Source: Pristiophorus japonicus (taxonomy: Eukaryota). From it: 64,000 bases of DNA. The translations under genes were made by a program, and so were the position numbers. Under the pieces are notes generated by a model. It ran no database searches, was not told where the DNA came from, and saw only the letters and a list, made by a program, of their open reading frames with translations. Shown here in pieces: positions 12,701 through 24,700 of the stretch (within the stretch, counting starts at the first letter, position 1; every line of letters begins with the position of its first letter). Location of the stretch: assembly GCF_044704955.1 (NCBI RefSeq), contig NC_092003.1, positions 8,494,001 through 8,558,000 on the forward strand, written 5' to 3'.

Positions 12701-15700
12701 CAGTACCGCCCCTCCGACAGTGCTGCGCTCCCTCAGTACCGCCCCTCCGACAGCGCAGCGCTCCCACTCCCTCAGCACTGCACCGAGAGTGTCAGCCTAG
12801 ATTTTTTTGTGCTCAAGTCCCTGGAGTGGGAACTGAACCCACAACCTTTTGACTCCATGGCGAGAGTGCTACCCACTGAGCCACGGCTGCACAAAGGCCA
12901 TTCGGCACATCATGTCTATGCTGGAGCTTACTTCACAGGCGTCCTTAGCTTTGGGACCAACTGCTCCACGAACACGGTCCTCCAGGGGAGCGCTCTGGAT
13001 GAAAGCGTAATCCTCTGGGATCGGGAAGAAAGGTTCCTCCTTGTGGCCAAAGTTGCACTCCACCGCGCAGTTTCTCGACAGGACGTGCGGGAACAGCGCC
13101 TTCTCGCCGACAGACTCTTTGCTGACTGTGAAGGCCACTCCGAGACAGGTGCCGTTCTTCGAAAAGGAAAGCTCCACCTCCTCGCCGTCAAAATTCTGTG
13201 AACAGGAAGCGGCAAACTGGTTACAGTGCGCTCCAGACAACATGTGCTCGATTCCTCACACTTCGGGACGCGGGTTCAAATCCGGCCCAGGCAGGTGGGA
13301 TGAAAATCTCTTGTGTGTGGTAACTAGAAGGGTTCTGTGGGAACAGAGTGTGGCAGTCACAATCCTCTCCTTACACCAACAGTCTCAATTCAATCTCACT
13401 CTGTGGCCACGGGATGGCTAGTTGAGAAATGCAACAAAGTCACAATGGTGCTCAAAGATTGGGACAGAGGCACATTGGGGCAGAGAAGAGGGAGCTTTAC
13501 TCTGTATCTAACCCCCTGTACCTGCCCTGGGAGTGTTTGATGGGACAGTGTAGAGGGAGCTTTACTCTGTATCTAACCCCGTGCTGTACCTACCCTGGGA
13601 GTGTTTGATGGAGACAGTGTAGAGGGAGCTTTACTCTGTATCTAACCCCGTGCTGTACCTGCCCTGGGAGTGTTTGATGGGACAGTGTAGAGGGAGCTTT
13701 ACTCTGTATCTAACCTCATGCTGTACCTGCCCTGGGAGTGTTTGATGGGACTGTGTAGAGGGAGCTTTACTCTGTATCTAACCTCATGCTGTACCTGCCC
13801 TGGGAGTGTTTGATGGGACAGTGTAGAGGGAGCTTTACTCTGTATCTAACCCCATGCTGTACCTACCCTAGGAGTGTTTGATGGGATAGTATAGAGGGAG
13901 TTTTCTAACCTGTGCTGTGAGGATTGCTTGACTCCAATGGCCAAAATGGAAAGTGAGTTTAGACGCAGCGCTAACCTCGAGGTGCACAGAATAAAATGCT
14001 GAGAGAGAAATTTGGAGTCGAGGCAAACAACTCGCCCAATCAGGCCACATCAAAGTACTTACAGCGAAACAACCAATCACGTCATTTTCATCGAACTTCT
14101 CTCCGTAATCCTCAAATTTGGAGTTCTCCCACTTTCTCCCAGCTCCATCGTATCCGTAAGAAAACTCCGCGTCTCCTGCAACGTGTTAAAAATTGGGCGT
14201 CACTGAAAGCGAGATTAAAAACAAACTCTGCGGCAAGACGAGGCGACCGCTCCTCAAAACAGGTGGGAACCTGAAGTCAGGCGGAGTACGGGCCCTGTGG
14301 GCTGCTGCTTACCCAGCTGTAGCGAGGAGCTGTCCAGGGACCAACCCACACGAACAATGTGCCGCTCGCTGTCGCTCTCGGGCAGCTGCTTCACAGGGAA
14401 CTTCTGGGTCACCTGGAATCGAAGTTGAGAGAGAGAGAGAGAGAGGGAGAGAGAGGAGTGCCTGTTAATGTAGACTCGCCAACAGGCAACGCACGTTTAG
14501 ATTTCTTCGATCCAAACCCCAACCCCCCACACAAACTTTCCCGCTTCTTTGAAAGGTGCTGGAGTACGATTCCCTGCATCCCCTTCACCGAAACGGCCTT
14601 TCCGCACGCCCCCCCCCACCCCACGACAGGACGACAAGTGTCTCCAGGCTATTCGGCCACAGGGCTTAAACCCATTCCCACAACATGGTTCAGGAAAGGT
14701 GGTACAATTCCACAGGTGGCAGTCACCCTCCAGCATCTCAGCCGAGTGGCCACCCTGCACGAGGGAGCTTAGGCATGGAGTGTCGGCGGGCTATTCGACT
14801 ACGGGCAGCATCGCAGCCAATCCTCAACCCATTCTCACTCAAAAATAGCCACAGTTCTGGTAAAACCGCTGGATAGGAATCGGGAGCAGTTACCCTGGCT
14901 AACTAAGCCCACAATAGGGCAAAGAACGCATGTGAACTGTTAAACACGAGGCGATTAACATAGGTTTGCAGAATAGCGTTTCATTGAAACATTAGGTTCG
15001 CTGCAGAGACACACACGTCTTGGCACAAGAATATAATTAGGAGGAGTAGACCACACCACCCCTCGAGCCTGTTCTGCCATTTAATAAGATCATGGCTGAA
15101 TATACTCAACAACTGAGCCTCCACAGCCCTTTGGGGCAGAGAATTTCCAAGATTCACCACCCTCTGAGTGAAGAAATTCCTCCTCATCTCAATCCTAAAT
15201 GGCCGTCCCCTTATTCTGAGACTGCGTGACCCCTGGTTCTAGACTCCCCAGCCCGGGGGAGACAGCCTCTCAGCAGCTACCCTGTCAATCCCCCTCAGAA
15301 TCTTGTGTTTCAATTAGATCACCTCTCATTCTTCTAAACTTCAGAGACTATAGGGCCAATCTACTCAATCTCTCCTCATAGGAAAACCCGCTCATCCCAG
15401 GAATTAGTCTTGTGAATCTTCATTGCAATGCCTCAAAGGCAAGTATACCCTTCCTTAGGTAAGGTGACCAATATTGTGTACAGGCGTGGTCACACCAAAG
15501 CCCTTTACAATTGTAATCGGAGGGGAAGGTTGGGGCGGGTGAGCGATCGTGGCTAAGATTCGGCAAGGGATCGTGGCGGAGGTGCGGTGAATGTTTGTGG
15601 CGGAGGAGCGGCGAGAGATCGTGGCGGAGGTGCGGCGAATGAGGGTACAGGGCCTAGAAGAGCCGAGGGCCCAGGGGCAGCACGGGCCAGCCCACACTGC

Positions 15701-18700
15701 GATTGTGCGCGCACTAGGTCCGTGCAGCAGAGCAGGTCTCCAGTCATCCTGGTTCAACCCATGCCACTGGATAAAGGCCAAGCTGTGTCAAGGCCGTGTG
15801 GTGGCTGATGTGCAACGGTCACCACACGTTAAAAAAAATCCACGCACAGGCATCTTCCACCCCCTCAATTGGAGTTCAGGACTTGAATATCATGTCCTTC
15901 ATTGAAACACCTGTGAACTCGTGTGGAAGCAAGTCATCCTGGTTCGAGGGACTGCCTATAATGATATTATAATTGTAGCCTTACCTTCACCTCGAAGCAG
16001 AGTTTGCCCTTCGTCACTCCGTAGGTAGCCCGCGCACCGCCCCAGAGGTATCCAAACTTCTCGGGGGAGAGGGGCTGCCCGCCATAGCGGTCTTTGGCCA
16101 CCTGGAAGTGGAGGTCGGAGTTATCTGTCGGAAAAGAAGGAGAGGTGAAACAACCGACACGTCCGGGACGCCAGGATATTGGGGTCCATAGCCAAAGCAC
16201 AGCTCGCCCGAGATCGAGACATACCCAAACCGCTCTAATTTAAAAGATCACAGGTTATTAGAAAGAGGTCACAGTACAATCTTAAAACGAGCACCCCAGT
16301 GGCTCAGGTGGTAAAGTCAACGTGTGACTGGACCAGAAGTGCCGGGGGGGGGGGGGGGGGAACGGCCCACGTTGTGGCCAAACCGAGCCGCTGCCCGCGT
16401 TGGAACCTGTAAGGTACAAAGTCTGTTCTGCTGGCCAATGTAAACCCACGAGTCAGTTTTAACCTCTGCCCAGCGTGTTTAACGTCCAATATGTGCAGCG
16501 GTAAATGGTGCACGCAACGAGAGCACTCGAGAGACAGAGAGAGAGAGAGAGAGACGTCCTGTCGATGAAGCATCTGGATGAAGAGCCTGGTTGTCCGGAA
16601 TTTTTTAGCTCCCTCTCGAAAATTAACAAATTCACGAGACCAATAATCATCGCACGTCATCCGATTCCCCCACTTCCTGCAAACCCCCACAGCCATCCGG
16701 CACGATCGGTTAGACAGGCGTAATATAAAACGTTAAGAGAGAGACCATTTTTTTTTTTTTAAACTGATGGAGTGAACGTTGACCTTTGCCTCACAGAACG
16801 TCACACTTACAGGTGTCGAGACAAACTAAACTGTCGTCAAATTCTTCTTCAGCCTCCTCATCCCCCACAGGCACCGGGGACCTGGCCCTGTAGGGATCAA
16901 CAGACACAACTTAGAGATAGGAGCAGAAATCAGGGCGCGGGCGATCAACAAAGTGGCCCCGCGTCTGAGCATGTGTGCACGCACCGAAACGAAAACTCAA
17001 CAATTCAAATGCCAATGGGGGGGGGGGGGAACAACGCGCTTCTCCGAAAAGAATCTGGGTCTCACCCAGGAATCGGTTTGGAAGTCGGGGCTGGCTGGAC
17101 ATGCGAGCTTTCGAGTGAGTGGCATCGTCACTTACTGTAACAGGCAGACCACACATCAGCAGTCATGTACATTATATCGAACTTGGGTACTTAAACTCAC
17201 CTGCTAATTGCTGGCGTGGCTCCAAGGTAATTAGATTTACAACTACCAGAAAACACTCCAAGTACACGTTACGCTGTAAACTGGATCGACATGTATCATT
17301 TATTCCCCCTCCCATGCCAATTTGCTGCCCTCCACTCCCTCTCTCGAAGCCACCGACACCTCACATTTGCGGAAGCCCTCCAATACTGCACCCAAGAGGC
17401 CGTTTCCGATGCAGGAGGCTTGATTGCATCGGTAGCCAGCCTCCAAACAGGAGGCACCACAAAGCAGCCCAAGATGGCCAGCGCTCAGGAGGGGGACCTC
17501 TATCTGTGGCCTATTTCACCCCTCCCCGACCCCCGCATCCCATCCCAGGGCACTGAGGCAAAGTGCAGTCCATTATCGCCACTTTGGCTAAGATAAGTCA
17601 GATATCAAACCCACCCGGTTCGCCACTCGGGTTCACCATATAACACTCGCTGTAAAAATCAGGGAAAATAAGAGTAGATTTTTCTTTAATACATTGGGGC
17701 GTATTTAATATTTACTTGTAAACGGCCTGTGGTTTCTAATGAATATAATTTTTTTTTTAAATATATACATACAAGGAGTTGGGAGAATGACTAAAGAAAG
17801 ATGTTCTACCAGCCGTGTGGTTCCAGGGGCTATAACGGCATCGCAAATTACTTTGCCAACTGTCAACAGTGTGAAATGTGGACAGAAAAGCACGACGAAT
17901 AAATCATAGAATCATACAGCACAGGAGGCCCGTGCTGGCTCTGAGAGCCTCCAGATGAGTCCCACTCCCCTTGCTCTTTCCCCACAGCCCTGCAATGTTT
18001 TCCTCTTCAATTATTGATCCAATTCCCTTTTGAAATAAGTCTCCTTACTTAAAAGGAAGGATATACTTGCATTGGAGACAGTTCAGAGAAGGTTCACGCA
18101 GTTGATTCTTGAGATGAAGGGGTTGAGCAGGTTGGGCCTGTACTCATTGGAGTTTAGAAGAATGAGAGGAGATCTTATTGAAACGTGTAAGATTGAGGGG
18201 GCTTGACAGTGTAGTCAAATCGCCTAAAGGCATTGCACACAGGTAGTGAAGACCATGTATAGTTTGCTAAATGAAAGGCCGAGAGGGAAGGGGACAATTG
18301 CACAGGGCGTGCAAATGTCATTCAGTCCCCACTTTGAACCTGGTCAATATAGTATTGATAGGAGTTAGAAGGCTTGCCGTATTAGTGTTACTTGAAACCA
18401 CCGGTGAACCGGTTAAGCAATGGTGTGCATTCTCTCACCGGTTGTAGTAAGTCTCCTCCCTGAATTCGTAGTACCCGCGCCCGCGGTTCTCGTGGCGCCT
18501 CTTCTGCCCGCGCCGCTCGTTTTCAGATGGCCGCTCCTCGCTGCTGCCCGAAGCACGCTCCTCGCTGCCTCCCTCTCCGGGTTCCTGCTCGCTATTGGGT
18601 TTTTCTGCCAGCACAGACGAAAACAACGTTCAGAGTTACTGGTGTCGCGCGTTACACAGGAGTTCTAAACCAACTTCCGAAACGGGACGCACCGAGCATT

Positions 18701-21700
18701 TCCCACCTCTCCTAACTCAAGAGGCTCGGCAAGAGCCGTCTTGGCTGGGACATTCCACGCCAACAGGCCCCGGTGCTTTAAACACGAGGTTACATCAACA
18801 CATTGCTCGGGGGTGTGATCACTTTTTAAAACAACTTAAAACCTCAGATCGACACAACAACAAACGGTACAAATAGATACAACTACACTTCAATAAATAA
18901 CACATTTGTGCAGGAGAAACTTTATAAATAAAGGCTGAGACTATACGAACAGGAGGCCCTTCAGCCTCTCGAGCCTGTTTCTCCCATTCAATTAAAAGAC
19001 TTGGATTCCCACAGTGCCTTTCACGACCACCGGATGTCTCAAAGTGCTTTACAGCCAATTAAGTACTTTAGGAGTGCTGTTGTAATGTGAATTAGATCAT
19101 GGTTGATCTGTATCTCAACTCCATCTACCCGCCTTGGTCCCATAACCCTTAATACCCTTGCCTAACAAAAATCCATCAATCGCAGTTTTGAAATATTCAA
19201 TTGACCCTCAGTCTCAACAGCTATTTGGGGGGAGAGAATTCCACTCCCGTGTGTGTGAAGAAGTGCTTCCTGACATCACCCCTGAATGGCCTGGCTCGAA
19301 TTGTAAGATTACGCCCCCTTGTTCTGGACACCCCTACCAGAGGAAATCTAGCCTTCAGCTCCTTTGATAATCTTAAAACACCTCGATTAGATCAGCCCTT
19401 ACTCATCTATAATCAAGGGCATACAATCTAGTTTATATGCAAGTTGACTTTATAATTTAACCCTTTTAGCTCTGGTGAATCTGCGCTGCCAATATACCCT
19501 TCCGGTGCAGAACCCAAAATGGGTTTGATGTCCTGTACAGCTGTAATATAACTTCCACCCCTCAAGATTATGACTGGCATTCCATTAGCCTTTTAAATTC
19601 GGTTTTGTACCTGTCCACTAGTTTTGCGATTTCCATACTTGGGGTCCCCCCCCACCAAGTCTCTCTGCCCATCCTACACAGTCCCGAGCTCCGTACCATT
19701 TAGAAAACACTCTGCTCTATCTTTCTTGGGTCCAAAGTGGATGAGCTCACACTGAGCTCCATCAGCTAGTTTTGCTCACTCACTTAAAATCGAGCAAAGC
19801 AGCCTACCGTTGCCTTCTACACTATTTACAGCGCCACCTAACTTAGCATCGGCAAATTGAGAAATAGAAACATAGAAAATAGGTGCAGGAGTAGGCCATT
19901 TGGCCCTTCGAGCCTGCACCACCATTCAATATGATCATGGCTGATCATGCAACTTCAGTACCCCATTCCTGCTTTCTCTCCATACCCCTTGATCCCTTTA
20001 GCCGTAAGGGCCATATCTAACTCCCTTTTGAATATATCTAACAAACTGGCCTCAACAACTTTCTGTGGTAGAGAATTCCACAGGTTCACAATTCTCTGGG
20101 TGAAGAAGTTTCTCCTCATCTCGGTCCAAAATGGCTTATCCCTTATCCTTAGACTGTGACCCCTGGTTCTGGACTTCCCCAACATCGGGAACTTTCTTCA
20201 TGCATCTAACCTGTGCAGTCCCGTCAGAATTTTATATGTTTCTATGAGATCCCCTTCTCATTCTTCTAAATTCCAGTGAATATAAGCCTAGTCGATCCAG
20301 TCTTTCTTCATGTCAGTCCTGCCATCCCGGGAATCAGTCTGGTGAACCTTCGCTGCACTCCCTCAATAACAAGAATGTCCTTCCTCAGATTAAGAGACTA
20401 AAACTGTACACAATATTCCAGGTGTGGCCTCACCAAGGCCCTGTACAACTGCAGTAAGACCTTCCTACTGACTAATACTCTATGATTCTATGACAGGGGG
20501 TACAGTAGCATGGTGGTCATGTTACTGGACTAGTAATCCAAAGGCCTGGACTAATGATTCAGAGACATGAGTTCAAATCCCACCACGGCAGCTGGGGGAA
20601 TTTAAATTCAGTTACTTAAATAAATCTGGAATTTAAAAAAAGCTAGTATCAGTAAGGTGACCATGAAACTACCGGATTGCTTCACACCGCTACAAGTCAG
20701 CACTGCGGTTCAAGAAGGCAGTTCACCACCTTCTCAAGGGCAATTAAGGATGGGAAGTAAATGCCAGCCTTACCAGCTGCCGTGGTAATATTACTAGGAG
20801 GAGTCAAGGAGTATGGCGAGAAAGCAGGAAGGGGGTACTGAAGTTGCATGTTCAGCCATGAACTCATTGAATGGCGGTGCAGGCTCGAAGGGCCGAATGG
20901 CCTACTCCTGCACCTATTTTCTATGTTTCTATACTCAAATCCTCTCGCTATGAAGGCCAACATGCGGCTCTCAATGTTGCCTGTAAGGTGCGCGGCTACG
21001 CAGCGCTCCAGGGAGCCCGTACAACCCGGCTTTTCAAGGCAAAAAAACGCGCAGGGCCAAAAGAAACACAGGGAGCGTGGCTCTCTATTCCTTCATCCGA
21101 GTCATTTACGGGTATAGCGAAAAGCTGAGGCACCCGTACAGGTCCCTGGGGGTGATGCGCTGGGTTACACTTCCCTTTCACCTTGAAAGCCTGGGTCCAA
21201 ATCGGGCCCAGACTACTGACTGTTTGGGTCAGATTTCAAATGAGTTTGGGCAGTCTCTGTACAACCTTGAGTAAGCACGGCCCCACTTCCCCGAATTCTG
21301 AGCTCCAGTCAAGAGAGAAGAACTTGCATTTCTGTGGCGCCTCTCAGGACCTCAGGATGTCCCAAAGCACTTTACAGCCAATGAAGTACTTCTGAAGCGG
21401 GGTCACTGTTGGAATGTGGGAAACGCGGCAGCCAATCTGCGCACAGCAAGCTCCCACAAACAGCTACGAGATAATGACCGGATAATCTGTTTTAGTGATG
21501 TTGGTTAAGGGATAAATATTGGACACCAAGGATAATTCCTGCTTCTCTGTGGCCTGTGGGGAATCTTTTACGTCCACCCGAGAGGGCAGACCGGGCCTCG
21601 GTTTAACGTCTCGCCTGAAGAGAGGCCATAGGTTCGGCGAGCAAGGAGACCGTAAAGATTGCAGCAGGGGTGCTCTTCTGGAGGAGGGTGCTAAGGCACA

Positions 21701-24700
21701 TTGTTGGCGCAGAGTAGAGGCAGTGCGAAGCTGCTGGGGCATCGAGCTAATGCCGCTGGCTCCCAGTCTGCAGACAGCAACAATTGCACGATGAACCTGG
21801 CAGATTTGCGGAGGCTGGCAGCCTTGTATAACTCAAGTAAGTGTGAGTTTACTTGGGTTATACAAGGACTGAGAGAGAGCCAGTCACAGTTGTTACCTGG
21901 GGCTTGGTTTACTGAAGGTATAGGATTTGCATTTACATAGCGCCTTTCACAACCTCAGGAATCTCCCAACGCACTTTGCAGAACAGTTCACTGCAGGACT
22001 TCTTGAAGTGGAATATAGGAAACGCGTCAGCCAATTTTGGGCATGGTAACGTCCCACAAACTGCAACGTGATAATGACCAGATCATCTATTTTAGTGAGG
22101 GATAAATATTGGCCAGGACGGTATTTAAAGAAAGAAAAGACTTGCATTTATATAGCGCCTTTCACGACCACCGAATGTCTCAAAACGCTTTACAGGCAAC
22201 GAAGTACTTTTGGAGTGTAGTCACTGTTGCAATGTGGGAAACGCAGCAGCCAATTTGCGCACAGCAAGCTCCCACACACAGCAATGTGACAATGACCAGA
22301 TCATCTGCTTTAGGTGATGTTGGTTCAGGGATAAATATTGGCCCCGGGATAGTATTTAAGATGACATTTGTACTCCCTTTTCAAGGAGTTGGGTTCAAAT
22401 GGACCTCCCTGTATTTAAAGAAAAAATGTCACAATTTTCTTTGAAAGGGATATGGGGACAGTTCAGGAAAGTGGAGTTGAGGTCGAAGATCAGCCATGAT
22501 CTTATTGAATGGCGAAGCAGGCTCGAGGGGCAGAATGGCCGACTCCTGCTCCGATTTCTTTATGTTTTTATGAAACGGCACTTGCACTGTGGAAGAACAC
22601 TCCAGCGGGATAGTTGTAGATTCTGTCCTTCCGTTGCGCCCAGAGAGCTTATCTACTGAGCCATGGCTGACACTTTGTACATAAAGACATCCCAAAATAT
22701 TTCATAAAAACTTATTTAACCTAAGAGTTCTCTTCTCTTCTCACCCTCAGTTGAGTACAGCTCCCTCAGCAGAAACCAAGGATGAACTGGGGAGCTTTCT
22801 GGTCTCTCCAGCTCAATTCCAGAGAGACCATTGCAATTATATTCATGCAAATATCAATGTTGTTGGCTCCAAAGCCAAACTGCAAGAAAACAAAGCTGGA
22901 CATTCCGCATACTCATACACAAACATTGCATAATCATTGTGACCTTTACAGTGTCTCTCAGAAAGTTGGGGACAGTGTAGCAAGACTTCAGAAAAAATGA
23001 CTTAAGCCAAAGTGTTTTATGCTTTTTGAATGCACTCAACATTAGGATTAGGAGCAGGAGTAGGCCATGCAGCCACTCGAGCCTGCTCCGCCATTTAATA
23101 AGATCATGGCTGATCTTCGACTCCGACTCTGCCTTCCCGCCCGATCCCCATATCCCTCGACAATCCAAAAATCTATTGACCTCAGTCTTGAATATACTCA
23201 ACGACTGAGCATCTGCCCATTGGGGTAGAGAATTCCAAAGATTCACCACCCTCTGAGTAACAATTTCTCATCTCAGTCTTAAATGGCTGACCCCTTATCC
23301 TGAGACTGTGTGACCCCTGGTTCTAGACTCCCCAGCCCGGGGGAAACACCCTCCCTGCATCTACCCTGTCAAGCCCCCTCAGAATCATGTATGTTTCAAT
23401 GAGATCACCTCTCATTCTTCTAAATTCTAGAGAGTACAGGTCTAATCTACTCACTCGCTGTGTGATCTTAAATCGGTCACATCAGATTGCTCCAACCATA
23501 ACCAGATCGGTCACCGCCAGACCACCCTGCTGTTATCGAGCTCAAAACGCTCTCTCCACACACAGCCCAAGTGTAAAAGGCCAAAACATATGACTGTACC
23601 ATTGGGAATCCATTCCCCGATTCATGTATCTTTTATAAAGCTTACAAAAACACAAAACTACACTGGATTTGGGATCACTAAGGGAGATGACTTGATCTCA
23701 CTAGAGAGCTGCAAAATCAGGTCAGTGCTGTCACAGCACTCATTAATGTATTAGCACCGAAATGCTAACATTTTTTAAAATAACACACCAGCCAATATAC
23801 TTAAACACCGTCAGGTTTTTGTGCGCTGCTCATAATACATTATCTCAGCTACAAGCATTAGAGTCAGCTGTGCCTCAATAGGTAGCACTCTCTCGTCTGT
23901 GAGTTCGAAGGTTGTGGGTTCAAGTCGCACTCCTAGACTTGAGAACAGAAGTCCAGGCCGACACTCCCAGTGCAGTGCTGATGGAGCGCCACACTGTCGG
24001 AGGGGCGGTGGCGAGGGAGTGCCGCACTGTGGGAAGTACTGTCTTTTGGATGAGACGGTAAACCGAGGCCCCGTCTGCCCTCTGGGGTGAATGTAAAAGA
24101 TCCCGCGGCACTATTTAGAAGAAGCGCTGGGGAGTGATCCCCGGCGTCCAGGGGCCAATATTTATCCCCGGCGTCCAGGGGCCAGTATTTATCCCCGGCG
24201 TCCAGGGGCCAGTATTTATCCCCGGCGTCCAGGGGCCAATATTTATCCCTGCCGTCCAGGGGCCAGTATTTATCCCCGGCGTCCAGGGGCCAATATTTAT
24301 CCCTGCCGTCCAGGGGCCAATATTTATCCCCGGCGTCCAGGGGCCAATATTTATCCCCGGCATCCAGGGGCCAATATTTATCCCCGGCGTCCAGGGGCCA
24401 ATATTTATCCCTGCCGTCCAGGGGCCAGTATTTATCCCTGCCGTCCAGGGGCCAATATTTATCCCCGGCGTCCAGGGGCCAATATTTATCCCTGCCGTCC
24501 AGGGGCCAGTATTTATCCCCGGCATCCAGGGGCCAGTATTTATCCCCGGCGTCCAGGGGCCAATATTTATCCCTGCCGTCCAGGGTCCAGTATTTATCCC
24601 CGGCGTCCAGGGGCCAGTATTTATCCCCGGCGTCCAGGGGCCAGTATTTATCCCCGGCGTCCAGGGGCCAGTATTTATCCCCGGCGTCCAGGGGCCAGTA

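Noticed and set aside
12251-13201. 316-aa plus-strand ORF
   Set aside because: It is the antisense shadow of HNRNPUL2 exons 7-8 plus a SINE.
10525-13905. Regular 33-, 39- and 69-bp repeats as possible CRISPR arrays
   Set aside because: The units are head-to-tail without unique spacers, the context is a eukaryotic intron, and there are no cas genes.
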